Origin: an uncultured Acidaminobacter sp.
Lineage (GTDB): Bacteria; Bacillota; Clostridia; Peptostreptococcales; Acidaminobacteraceae
DNA: 64,000 nucleotides
Direction: 5' to 3'
Assembly (NCBI GenBank): GCA_963678925.1
Contig: OY787533.1
Coordinates: 994,174-1,058,173 of the forward strand
This document shows, one piece after another, positions 1 to 11,022 of this stretch. The notes beneath the pieces are model-generated. The model made no database searches and had not been told where the DNA came from. It worked only from the letters and a program-made list of their open reading frames with translations. How positions within the stretch are numbered: position 1 is the first letter of the stretch; every line of letters begins with the position of its first letter. A program made the translations under genes and the position numbers.

Positions 1-91
1 AATCAAGCAGAAGAAAGAAAGTCTGTTCAGTATACGCCTAAACGAACAACTTGCCTTATATAATGAAAGAAAACCAAAGTCTGAAAAGAAG

Positions 92-802
92 ATGACTAAG
101 ACTAGACTAGGCCGTGAGATTACACTGCGAATTAACCAAACTAGGAAAGAGGATAATAAAGAAATAAAAAAAACTGCCTATACTAGGCAGACTATTGATA
201 AATATTTAAGTGGGGCCATCGTCCCCTCAGCTGAGGTACTGATTGCAATGCGCGAAATATTCAACGTGTCTATTGATTACCTCTTAGGGTACTCCGATTA
301 TGTGTCACCCGAGTATCAATCTTTAAATGAAGAATATGGTCTAGATAAGCTATCAGCGGATTACCTTTTTGCTTGCAATCAGAGAAAAAATGATACAACA
401 ATTGCACTCATTAACCTTTTAATTGATGATATGGTGCAAGTGCATTTAAAAAGACACAATCAAGGAGAACCCAATAAAAATGCATATGGTGTACTTAACT
501 CGCTTGCTGAGTATCTAATTAGTGAACCTGAACAATATGTCACTATGAGGAATCTTGATTTTGTCGAATTATCTGATAGGGTAAAACATCTAGATGAATA
601 CTTGGAAAGATACCCCCACGAACAAGCTAAAGCAGAACTACGACAACTTGCTGATGATATTACATCATCATTTAAAAACTCTAAAGGCGTTAGAAAGATT
701 CAAAACATAGGCAACACTGCAACTGATACCGCAAGACTAAAGAATATAGAAACAAAATTGTACCGTCTTAGAGAAGACCTATATCGGAGAAATGCAGATT
801 AA
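92..802 (+). CDS. XRE-family helix-turn-helix transcriptional regulator (mobile-element associated)
   Basis: 236-aa ORF. N-terminal HTH_3-like stretch YTRQTIDKYLSGAIVPSAEVLIAMREIFNVSIDYLLGYSD. The C-terminal ~160 aa has no motif I recognise. Confidence 0.7.
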   Translation: MTKTRLGREITLRINQTRKEDNKEIKKTAYTRQTIDKYLSGAIVPSAEVLIAMREIFNVSIDYLLGYSDYVSPEYQSLNEEYGLDKLSADYLFACNQRKNDTTIALINLLIDDMVQVHLKRHNQGEPNKNAYGVLNSLAEYLISEPEQYVTMRNLDFVELSDRVKHLDEYLERYPHEQAKAELRQLADDITSSFKNSKGVRKIQNIGNTATDTARLKNIETKLYRLREDLYRRNAD

Positions 803-961
803 CAACGCAACTTTGTGTAGAAAGGTGACAATCTATTTGATATATGGTGTAGTAAGCTAACTCAAATATGTAGTATCATAACAAGCGCGATTGGCAAAAG
901 TAGAAATGGTCTACATCTGCTCTTTTCAAGTGTTGTCTAATATATGTACTATAAATAATGT

Positions 962-984
962 AAAAGGGTGCTGAGCACCCTTTT
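962..984 (+). terminator. Putative intrinsic terminator after the XRE gene
   Basis: AAAAGGGTGC-TGA-GCACCCTTTT hairpin with a short T run. Confidence 0.4.
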
Positions 985-1037
985 ACCAAAATGAACCGTC
1001 TTGAAAAACAAGTTGTAACACCATATCACCAAAACTC

Positions 1038-2407
1038 GAGACTGTCCCAAATTTTGTGTAAATAATCTGCCACGAAAGCAGCGAATATGAACTTTTTAGG
1101 AACTCTCGATTACGAATGGATAATCGAGAGTTCGTTTATTATCTGATCCCAGTTTCGTTGACGCTGGGACCATTTCTTTGTTGCATTTTCAGTTGCTAAG
1201 TAAAGGGACTTCATCAGTGACATGTCTGTTGGATAGACTGGTTTTCCCTTAGTTACTTTGCGGTATTGTCTGTTCAGATTTTCAATTATATTAGTCGTAT
1301 ACATGATCTTTCTGATGTTCGCTGAGTATGCAAAAAACGGAGATATAACACCCCAGTTATCTTTCCAGGATTTTATGCAGCGCGGATAATGCGAACCCCA
1401 CTTTTCTTCAAACTCAAGAAGCGTCTGATAACCTGATTCCTCATTTGGAGCTTGATAAACAGACTTAAGATCTTTCATCAGTTCTTTGATATGTTTGTAG
1501 CTGACATATCGCGTAGATGAGCGAATTTGATGAATGATGCAGCGCTGTACAATAGACTCTGGATATGTCGCTTTGATTGCTTGCTCAAAGCCTGAAAGTC
1601 CATCAACACTGAAGATTGTAACTCTCTGAACACCACGATTCTTTAAGTCTGTCAGAACCTTTAGCCAGAATTTACTCGTCTCATTTTCACCTATCCAGAT
1701 ACCTAAGACATCCTTCATACCATCTGTATTTATGCCAACAACAACGTATGCAGCTTTAGATACAATGCGGTTATTCTGTTTTACTTTGTAATGAATAGCA
1801 TCCATGAAAACAAACGGATACTCTGTTTCAAGTGGTCTGTGTTGCCACTCTTCGATGTGAGGGATGATTTTATCAGTCATACGTGAGATTGACTGTGCTG
1901 AGAGTGGCATCCCGTAGAGGTCTTCTATATGTTCTGAGATATCTCTTTGAGACATTCCTTTGCCATACATAGAGATCACTTTGTCTTCAATCGCTGAAAT
2001 ATCACTGGAGTGTTTTGGTACAATTTGTGGATCAAACTCACCGTTACGATCTCTTGGAATCTCTAGTTCAACTTCGCCAAGATCAGTCTTTACACGCTTT
2101 GTTGATTTCCCGTTTCTGTAGTTCGTTTTCTCAACTTGGCGATCGTATGGCTCATAACCAAGCTCTTCATCCAGTTCTGCTTCTAGTAGTTTCTCAACGC
2201 CAGTCTTAAGCATTTCCTTCAGCACGCTCTGTAGGTCTGTCACATCGGTGATATCCTTGTCCTGCATAAGGGCTTCTGTCAGTTCTGATATCTTGTTGTT
2301 TTTCTTCTTTCGACTCATAAAAAAATCCTCCACTCTGTAGTCTAGTTTATAACACTAACTACTTTCGTGGAAGATTTCTTGTTTTTACACTAAATTTGTT
2401 TCAGTAC
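1038..2407 (-). mobile_element. IS256-family insertion sequence, complete copy
   Basis: Single transposase ORF bounded by imperfect terminal inverted repeats. Left end: ACTGTCCCAAATTTTGTGTAAA..CCACGAAAGCAG. Reverse complement of right end: ACTGAAACAAATTTAGTGTAAA..CCACGAAAGTAG. Flanked by the 9-bp direct repeat CCAAAACTC at 1029-1037 and 2408-2416 (hand-aligned). Confidence 0.8.
1110..2318 (-). CDS. IS256-family (Mutator-type) transposase
   Basis: ORF 1110..2333. The N-terminal LKEMLKTGVEKLLEAELDEELGYEPYDR and overall ~400-aa architecture are typical of IS256 transposases. Start placed at MSRKKK. Confidence 0.9.
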   Translation of the reverse strand: MSRKKKNNKISELTEALMQDKDITDVTDLQSVLKEMLKTGVEKLLEAELDEELGYEPYDRQVEKTNYRNGKSTKRVKTDLGEVELEIPRDRNGEFDPQIVPKHSSDISAIEDKVISMYGKGMSQRDISEHIEDLYGMPLSAQSISRMTDKIIPHIEEWQHRPLETEYPFVFMDAIHYKVKQNNRIVSKAAYVVVGINTDGMKDVLGIWIGENETSKFWLKVLTDLKNRGVQRVTIFSVDGLSGFEQAIKATYPESIVQRCIIHQIRSSTRYVSYKHIKELMKDLKSVYQAPNEESGYQTLLEFEEKWGSHYPRCIKSWKDNWGVISPFFAYSANIRKIMYTTNIIENLNRQYRKVTKGKPVYPTDMSLMKSLYLATENATKKWSQRQRNWDQIINELSIIHS

Positions 2408-2676
2408 CCAAAACTCCGAGTAATCCCTTCGAAAATTACATCCCAACCTCTCATTTTTACAAAATCCATTTTAAATACCCGCCACACCTGCGTCTCAATA
2501 GACCTAATTTTTCACCAAATACTAAAATCAATATAACCACTGCAAACACTACGACACACGGATACCTATTTATCATTTTTAGTGTCTAATTTCATTTTTA
2601 CATCAATTATGTGTATGGTTAGTCGTTAACTTGTCTTAACTCGTATCTAGACAAGATTTTCAACTTAGAGACAATT

Positions 2677-2707
2677 AGAGCCAGATCGGCTTCGCCGATC
2701 TGGCTCT
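2677..2707 (-). terminator. Stem-loop downstream of the 2776 ORF
   Basis: 13-bp perfect stem AGAGCCAGATCGG-CTTCG-CCGATCTGGCTCT. The U tract is weak, so terminator function is tentative. Confidence 0.4.
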
Positions 2708-2775
2708 CTTTAATCAACATCATCAAGTAAATGATTGAGAATCCTAGTATACATCTATAATTCAATACTTAGTCT

Positions 2776-3456
2776 TTAGATTTGCTTTTCAGGGAATGTC
2801 CCAAAAGTGCCTACCACAAAATACCCATCATTCTCATACCAAGTATCTTTGTGTGTCATCAATGTTTTTTCATTATCAGAGAACCGATTATATCCAAAGA
2901 GTGTAAGTTCATCGTCTTGTTCAATTAACGTTTTCAAACCATCAAAATTTGACTCACCATCCCTAACAACTGATTGAATCAACTTCAAACAACAAGCATA
3001 ACGTTTACGTTCTTCCTTCCATAATTCAGGATTCTCTCTACTTTTGTAATAATAGCTTTCATTATATTCATAGTTAATCTTATCAATTTGCCCCTGTGCA
3101 TCTTTTATTGAGTCTCTAGAATTCTTTATGTCTTTCTGAAGCGAGCTCCCATAAGTTGAATCTTTTAGTTCAAAATAACACACATCATCTTCTCTGTACC
3201 AAATTATGTCACATCTACCATTTGAAACACCTTTATTCCCATTGTCTCTTTCCACAAATGCTTCCGAAATTACATACGAGTAACCCTCATCATTTTCCAT
3301 AATGTACTCATCAATAGACGCTAATAGTAAACTGTTAAATCCAGCTTCAACAACAGTATACGGAATATTCATACCTGTACTCAAACAGTTATTCCATATT
3401 CTTTCCAATCTCTTATCTAAATGTATCTTAACAATGTCTTCAATTGCTTTTTTCAT
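2776..3456 (-). CDS. Hypothetical protein with a PD-(D/E)XK nuclease-like motif
   Basis: ORF 2776..3468. Start moved to MKKAIEDIV, which is preceded by GGGAG at 5-nt spacing. Motif arrangement SEAFVE ... GRCDIIWYREDDVCYFELKD matches the E..D..ExK core of restriction-endonuclease-fold enzymes. No other recognisable domain. Confidence 0.5.
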   Translation of the reverse strand: MKKAIEDIVKIHLDKRLERIWNNCLSTGMNIPYTVVEAGFNSLLLASIDEYIMENDEGYSYVISEAFVERDNGNKGVSNGRCDIIWYREDDVCYFELKDSTYGSSLQKDIKNSRDSIKDAQGQIDKINYEYNESYYYKSRENPELWKEERKRYACCLKLIQSVVRDGESNFDGLKTLIEQDDELTLFGYNRFSDNEKTLMTHKDTWYENDGYFVVGTFGTFPEKQI

Positions 3457-3495
3457 AGTAACTCCCAATATTATGTATTTAAACGCCCATTATAA

Positions 3496-4212
3496 TTATT
3501 TTAAACCACTTAATATACTCGATACGTTATCATCAAGTGCTTTTATATAACTTTGATATTTAGGGTGATACGTCCAAAATACTTTCACTCCATTATTAGT
3601 GATTTCACTAATATCTACTAACGAATTGCATTTTGACGGTTTGCATTTACTTAAAACATCATTTTCTATACTCAGTGCTTGGGAAAGTGATTTATGATAG
3701 CTTGGACCTATCGCAAATACAACAACGTCAGGGTTAATAGCTTCAATCTCAAAATCGACAATCGTTTTATCAACACCATCCAGTTGTCCATTTAAATACA
3801 ACTCTTGGGTCACATCCAAACTTCTCGTTTTGCCATCCACATACAAATGCGCTTTGTCTAAATTACCCCATATTACATTGACATCTCTTGATGCAATCGA
3901 GTTAATAAACCGCCAAAATGGTGAACTATTCTTCTGTGGATGGTGTTCATCACTCAGCTGAATATCAGTGTATTCTCTACACCATTCTTGTATACCTTGT
4001 ATCGACCAATCATCTTCATATCTAAAGAAATTATTAGCTTCTTGTCCGTACACTAATACAGTTTTCTTTGAATTAGCATAAGATGATGGGACACCAATAA
4101 AGAATGGTTGAGAAAAATCTGAAAAACTTAACTTCCGAACAACATCCATCTTTTCATCTTGCCACTTTTTATATGCACTCTGTAAAACTCTCTCTACACT
4201 TATGTTATCCAT
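3496..4212 (-). CDS. Hypothetical protein, uracil-DNA-glycosylase-superfamily-like
   Basis: 238-aa ORF with an AAGGGGGG RBS. The ordered motifs parallel UDG-superfamily motif order: KTVLVYGQEAN (compare GQDPY/GEAPG motif 1), SSPFWRFIN, VIWGNLDK, INPDVVVFAIGPSY and C-terminal FWTYHPKY (compare HPSP motif 2). Assignment is by eye only. Confidence 0.4.
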   Translation of the reverse strand: MDNISVERVLQSAYKKWQDEKMDVVRKLSFSDFSQPFFIGVPSSYANSKKTVLVYGQEANNFFRYEDDWSIQGIQEWCREYTDIQLSDEHHPQKNSSPFWRFINSIASRDVNVIWGNLDKAHLYVDGKTRSLDVTQELYLNGQLDGVDKTIVDFEIEAINPDVVVFAIGPSYHKSLSQALSIENDVLSKCKPSKCNSLVDISEITNNGVKVFWTYHPKYQSYIKALDDNVSSILSGLK

Positions 4213-4481
4213 ATGCCCCCCTTATTTAAGTTGAAAATAGCTTCATTACAACATTCCACTATTTATTACCATTATATCAATTAAATAGACCAACCTACAA
4301 TATCAATTAGTGCATTAAATGTGTAGAACGGTAATATTTTATAGAGTAATTAGTGTAATAAGGTGATAGAAAACGGTAGTAAGGTAACGGTCGAGATTGG
4401 CAGATGTATGCGTTGTGGGGATTTCCGTTTTCAAGTTTCTCGCTAATACAAGTTAATACATTGCTTAATGCAATGTATTAT

Positions 4482-4515
4482 AATAATAAATTTACAGGGT
4501 CTAAGACCCTGTAAA
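4482..4515 (-). terminator. Intrinsic terminator downstream of the integrase gene
   Basis: TTTACAGGGTC-TAA-GACCCTGTAAA hairpin followed on the minus strand by TTTATTATT. Confidence 0.6.
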
Positions 4516-4588
4516 AAGAACTACTTGAAAACAGTATTAAAAAAACCCCTATCAAAACCTAACACCCATTACAATCAGCAACTCTACT

Positions 4589-5560
4589 CTACCTCATCTG
4601 TATACTTTTCTTCTTGGGTCTGAAATCCTCAAGTGGATTAAACTCATCTACAACATTAACAAGCTCCGTCACATTATGGTGATAATAGTTGTCTAGTATT
4701 TTGTAATTACTGTGACCCGTGATACGTCTTAACAATATCGGTGACATCCCTTTCCTTACTGACAGTGTAATAAATGTATGTCGAAATAAGTGTAAACTAT
4801 GCTTCTTCACACCACATTTTTTACAGTGTTTTATTACACAATATTGCAGCGTCACACGAGGTAAAGGTTCACCAAACACATTACAAAACAAAGTTTCTGT
4901 ATCGGCTCCTCCACGTATCCCTAAATACTCAATAAGTATAGAATGTAAGGTGCTTGGGATTGGTATCATCCTAGCTTTACGATTTTTCGTGTGACACAAT
5001 GAAACATACCCACCAGCTAAGTCTACATCCTTTATAAGAAGCTCTCTAAGTTCTTTGGCACGGATACCAGTCGCCAATAAAAAGTTCACTATAACCCAAT
5101 TACGATACTCTGCAAAGGTCGGGTTTTCAGGTCGTTTAAGTAGCCTTTTCAACTCCTCGTGACTGTATATCTCCTTAATATGCTCTTGCTCAACAAGTCT
5201 CGTAAACTCAATGGTATCCTTGATATATCCTTTGTGCATACCATATTTAACAACAGGTGATATCTTAAACTGATATGAGTTCACTGTTTCAGCTTTGAGC
5301 CAACCTTTCAGATGCAGAACATATCCATTTAAAAGGTCTTGAGTAATATCACTACAAAGCAAGTCCTCACCAGCAAACTTCTTGAAATAAGTATACGCAA
5401 ACTCATATCCCTTAATAGTAATCTCAGATATCCCTCTCAAACGACAATCAGTCATATACATCTTATGCAAATCATCATAAGGTATATCAGCTACCTTACA
5501 GTCTAACAGTCTTTTCCTACGCTTTGTCACTAGTGGTTTTCCTACTGGGTTTTCCAACAT
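4589..5560 (-). CDS. Tyrosine recombinase / phage-type integrase
   Basis: ORF 4589..5608. C-terminal catalytic region: ATGIRAKELRELL ... HLFRHTFITLSVRKGMSPILLRRITGHSNYKILDNYY (R, HxxR, H, Y). Start placed at MLENPV because GAGGAGG lies just upstream at 5564-5572. Confidence 0.9.
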   Translation of the reverse strand: MLENPVGKPLVTKRRKRLLDCKVADIPYDDLHKMYMTDCRLRGISEITIKGYEFAYTYFKKFAGEDLLCSDITQDLLNGYVLHLKGWLKAETVNSYQFKISPVVKYGMHKGYIKDTIEFTRLVEQEHIKEIYSHEELKRLLKRPENPTFAEYRNWVIVNFLLATGIRAKELRELLIKDVDLAGGYVSLCHTKNRKARMIPIPSTLHSILIEYLGIRGGADTETLFCNVFGEPLPRVTLQYCVIKHCKKCGVKKHSLHLFRHTFITLSVRKGMSPILLRRITGHSNYKILDNYYHHNVTELVNVVDEFNPLEDFRPKKKSIQMR

Positions 5561-5572
5561 CATAGCCTCCTC

Positions 5573-5633
5573 AAAAAAAATAAAGTGATAGGTTCCGATT
5601 ACCGCCAAAAGGCTAAAATCTACCTATCACTTT
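5573..5633 (-). terminator. Hairpin plus U-tract downstream of guaA, directly upstream of the integrase RBS
   Basis: 12-bp perfect arms AAAGTGATAGGT / ACCTATCACTTT with a 28-nt loop, followed on the minus strand by TTATTTTTTTT. Confidence 0.5.
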
Positions 5634-5686
5634 AGTGATTTTTATGATTTTTTAACAGCTACAACCGTTGCAAACACTGTAAATCT

Positions 5687-7219
5687 TTATTCCCACTCGA
5701 TAGTTGAAGGCGGCTTAGAAGTCACATCATACAGAATTCTATTTACGCCGTTCACTTCATTGACAATACGGCTTGAAATCTTATCAAGTACTTCATAAGG
5801 CAGGCGTGCCCAGTCTGAAGTCATACCGTCAATGGATGTTACCGCACGAATACCGATCGCGTGCGAGTATGTTCTTTCATCGCCCATGACACCAACGGAG
5901 CGGACATTTGGTAGCACTGTGAAGTACTGCCATACGTCTCTTTCAAGACCTGCAAGACGGATTTCCTCACGCAGGATAGCATCCGATTCACGTACCAGGT
6001 GCAGCGCATCTTCAGTGATTTCACCTAGAATACGGATTGCAAGTCCTGGTCCTGGGAATGGTTGTCTCCAAACGATTTTTTCGTCCAGGCCAACTTCCAG
6101 ACCAACCTTACGCACTTCATCCTTGAAGAGATCACGTAGTGGTTCAATCAGGCTGAACTGCATGTCTTCAGGAAGACCACCAACGTTGTGGTGACTCTTG
6201 ATAACTTCTGCCGTGTCTGTACCAGACTCGATAACGTCAGGATAAACTGTACCTTGAACAAGGTAATCAATATCTTGAAGCTTGTTTGCTTCTGCTTCAA
6301 ATACACGGATGAACTCTTCACCGATGATCTTACGCTTTGTTTCTGGATCAGAAACACCAGCAAGACGATTCATGAAACGCTCTTTTGCATCAACACGAAT
6401 GAAGTTCATGTGGAATTCGTTCTTGAAAACAGCTTCTACTTCGTCGCCTTCGTTCTTTCTCAGAAGACCGTGGTCAACGAAGATACATGTCAGCTGATCA
6501 CCTACTGCTTCGTGAACCATTACAGCCGCAACAGATGAGTCTACACCACCGCTAAGTGCGCATAGAACCTTCTTGCTGCCAACCTTCTCACGAATTCGCT
6601 CGATTTCACGCTTGGCAAAATCGCCCATGTCCCAGTCGCCTGCACAGCCACAAACCTCGTAAAGGAAGTTCGTAATCATTTGACGACCGAATGGCGTATG
6701 CTCTACCTCTGCATGGAACTGAACGCCATACAGGTTCTTGCCTTTATTCTCGATTGCCGCAACCGGACAGTTGTCCGTATCCGCAATGATATCAAATCCC
6801 TTTGGAGCTTCTGCAACGTAGTCATTATGGCTCATCCAGCACTGTGAAGACTCAATGCCTTTGAACAGCGTATCGTCACTGATGACGTTCAGCTGGATTT
6901 TTCCGTACTCTCTGTCCTTGGCACGGTCAACCTTACCGCCAAGCACATGGCTCATCAGCTGCATGCCGTAGCAGATGCCCAGTACAGGCACACCCAGTTC
7001 AAAGATCTCTTTATCCAGTGTTGGTGCACCTTCAGCGTAAACTGAATTCGGACCACCTGTAAAAATGATGCCCTTTGGCATAAGTTCTTTAGCCTTTTCA
7101 AGTGCATTCTTCCAGGATACAACTTCACTGTATACGCCCGCTTCACGTACACGACGTGCAATTAGCTGATTATACTGACCACCAAAATCAACAATCAGAA
7201 CCGTTTCTCTTCCTTGCAT
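5687..7219 (-). CDS. guaA: GMP synthase (glutamine-hydrolysing)
   Basis: ORF 5687..7231. Full-length match by eye to GuaA: GATase domain ICYGMQL, ATP-PPase SGGVDSS, C-terminal PPSTIEWE. Start at [16 protein letters not shown], preceded by GGAGG. Confidence 0.97.
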   Translation of the reverse strand: MQGRETVLIVDFGGQYNQLIARRVREAGVYSEVVSWKNALEKAKELMPKGIIFTGGPNSVYAEGAPTLDKEIFELGVPVLGICYGMQLMSHVLGGKVDRAKDREYGKIQLNVISDDTLFKGIESSQCWMSHNDYVAEAPKGFDIIADTDNCPVAAIENKGKNLYGVQFHAEVEHTPFGRQMITNFLYEVCGCAGDWDMGDFAKREIERIREKVGSKKVLCALSGGVDSSVAAVMVHEAVGDQLTCIFVDHGLLRKNEGDEVEAVFKNEFHMNFIRVDAKERFMNRLAGVSDPETKRKIIGEEFIRVFEAEANKLQDIDYLVQGTVYPDVIESGTDTAEVIKSHHNVGGLPEDMQFSLIEPLRDLFKDEVRKVGLEVGLDEKIVWRQPFPGPGLAIRILGEITEDALHLVRESDAILREEIRLAGLERDVWQYFTVLPNVRSVGVMGDERTYSHAIGIRAVTSIDGMTSDWARLPYEVLDKISSRIVNEVNGVNRILYDVTSKPPSTIEWE

Positions 7220-7421
7220 CTTAGCCTCCAATTATTTCAAACAACTTAGAATCAACGTTAGACACCCATTATATATATAATAATATTTAATTACCTAAAA
7301 CTAAAGGATTTCCACAAATTACATAAAATACACAGCATGGCCCTTCGGGCAGTCAGGAAGACACTCGACTCCCTCCGGTCGCTGAGTAAATCACAGCAGC
7401 CAAATCAAAGATTTGGGCTGT

Positions 7422-7481
7422 GAAATTAAAGAAAGGCTAAATAAATTTTGGACGAGTCTTGGACGAGACATTTATTTAGCC
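7422..7481 (-). terminator. Putative guaB terminator
   Basis: GGCTAAATAAAT ... ATTTATTTAGCC 12-bp arms, followed on the minus strand by TTTCTTTAATTTC. Confidence 0.45.
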
Positions 7482-7590
7482 ATTCTTATTTAATTAATCG
7501 TGTCATCAAGTCCCAGACTGTTCAAACGGGGAGATTGAACAGGGCACTCCCGGCCTCGATGGCGCGATCGTTAACGTATTTCAGAACTGT

Positions 7591-9096
<1,506 letters not shown>

Positions 9097-9330
9097 TCAT
9101 AATGAATTCTGGCCTCTCAATTCCAAAATCCAATCGATACGTCTGACGTCAGATCCGTTCCGCTTCTTTGATACTGTCAGTGCACAGACACGTATCCGGA
9201 ACATTCAAAAAATCAAAAAAGCCCGCACTCCATTTCCTCGTTTTACAATCATACACATGTTTATAAAACGTCCATAGGGGAAATGAAGTATGCCGACTTA
9301 ACCAACGTTAAAAACGCATACTCAAACTCC

Positions 9331-9403
9331 CACCCATAGACAAGATGATTATTGGCCATCTAGTAGAAACTCCCAGACCATATTACCGGGATTATACGAG
9401 TGA
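9331..9403 (-). promoter_or_regulatory. Purine riboswitch, guanine-type, in the guaB leader
   Basis: Minus-strand RNA: CACUCGUAUAAUCCCGGUAAUAUGGUCUGGGAGUUUCUACUAGAUGGCCAAUAAUCAUCUUGUCUAUGGGUG. It has the P1/P2/P3 three-way junction, the conserved UAUAAU and GAGUUUCUAC segments, and a C immediately 5' of the 3' P1 strand (guanine/hypoxanthine specificity). Confidence 0.85.
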
Positions 9404-9747
9404 TTCTTCAGCTAAAATTTTGGTTTTAAACACAATAACAAATCTTATTTCACCTGTCAACCTGAATTGTTCGTTTTTTTGACCTGTTACAAATAATTCA
9501 ATCCATCCTTATGAGATAGCAAGGGTTTCATCCACATCCCCCTAATTCATATTTCATTGATGCCATATTCGGGCTTCTATGACCCTGCCCTAGCATACCC
9601 ATATAATGCCACTTGAAATTTGAATATTCTACTATTTCCACTCAGTAAAGCTTTTAATGTTCGGTAAAATTATTCAGGTCTATCACGGTGCAATACAGTG
9701 GCTGATTGCTTCTGACCATGATAAAATAGACAGGATAAGGAGGCAAT

Positions 9748-10791
9748 ATGACACCCACTATTCATTCACTGAACTTATTCACACTCGAATTCGCCCTTAT
9801 GACATTTTTTCTCTTTAGCGCTACTACCTTATATTTTATTGGAGCCAGCATCAAACTGCAGGCCTTCAATAAAATATCGGCCGGACTATCCATCTGTGCA
9901 CTTGGCACCCTGTTTTCCATGATGGGTAGGGCTTACATCCCGCTTAGCGTGGTTTTCATTGCAGTTCTTGCCGGACAGGCTCTGATTGTCTATGGCATTT
10001 CAAAATTCACAAATATGCCTGTAAAGGCTGAGTCCATCCATGTGAAACGCAATAGACTTATGGTTGCGCTCATATGCCTGCACGGGTTTATAGCCGTCAT
10101 ACTGGCACTCATGGCTTTTAGAGCCTACTCTGAGTTTGGAAGTCTCAGTACACTGAGTGCGGACCCCTATACGAGACCCTTGCTTGCATATATTCTCGTC
10201 TTTGAAAGCTTGCGCTGTATTTTGCTGATTCTAATAGGACTGGACGGCTACAAGAACAGTTGCACAGCAAAATTTCAACAGCTCCAGCAGCTGACATATA
10301 CAGATTCGCTTACAGGCGTCCACAACAAGCGCTACGCTTCTAAAATCCTGCAAGCCGAGAAGGAACGTATCAAACGCTACAGCTCCAAATGTGCTGTAGC
10401 AATCATTGACCTTGACCATTTCAAGAATGTCAACGATACATATGGGCACAACTACGGTGATCATGTGCTTACGACCTTTACCGAAATTTGCAGAAAACAG
10501 CTGAGAAGCTTTGATACCCTTGCGCGTTATGGCGGCGAAGAATTCATTTTGATCCTTCCTGAAACAGACCTCTATCAGGGCATGCTCATTGCAGACCGCA
10601 TTCGAAAGAGTGTCCAGTCCCATATATGGGACAAGGAAAATTTCAGCCAGACCATCTGCGTCGGTGTCATCGAAGTGAACCGGGAAAACTGTATTGAAGA
10701 CACACACAGCATCATAGAACGGGCAGACACCGCCCTATATGTCGCAAAGAAGAACGGCAGAAACCATGTGGAGGCTGCTGTCTCCAAATAG
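9748..10791 (+). CDS. Membrane-anchored diguanylate cyclase (GGDEF domain)
   Basis: Hydrophobic N-terminal half with several predicted TM helices. C-terminal GGDEF domain with RYGGEEFILILPE. Confidence 0.9.
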   Translation: MTPTIHSLNLFTLEFALMTFFLFSATTLYFIGASIKLQAFNKISAGLSICALGTLFSMMGRAYIPLSVVFIAVLAGQALIVYGISKFTNMPVKAESIHVKRNRLMVALICLHGFIAVILALMAFRAYSEFGSLSTLSADPYTRPLLAYILVFESLRCILLILIGLDGYKNSCTAKFQQLQQLTYTDSLTGVHNKRYASKILQAEKERIKRYSSKCAVAIIDLDHFKNVNDTYGHNYGDHVLTTFTEICRKQLRSFDTLARYGGEEFILILPETDLYQGMLIADRIRKSVQSHIWDKENFSQTICVGVIEVNRENCIEDTHSIIERADTALYVAKKNGRNHVEAAVSK

Positions 10792-10883
10792 AAGCTGCAG
10801 TCCCAAGTAAATGCTCATATCTCTTAACTCTTATATCTTAAATAGAAATGACCTATCTATATAAAAATCAGATAGGTCATCTC

Positions 10884-11005
10884 AGACTGTAGAAAAACTC
10901 CGAGATACTGCGTTGTTGGATAAAATCCGATCTGATCACGTTCGCTAAGTACGCTCACAGAGCGAATTTTATCCGCGCCTGGTTTTTCGAAGTTTTATAC
11001 AGTCT
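10884..11005. repeat. Palindromic MITE-like intergenic element
   Basis: Outer imperfect inverted repeat AGACTGTAGAAAAACTCCGA / TCGAAGTTTTATACAGTCT. Nested inner repeat GGATAAAATCCGA / GCGAATTTTATCC. Lies between convergent genes. Confidence 0.4.
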
Positions 11006-11022
11006 GTTGTCTTGCCATACAT

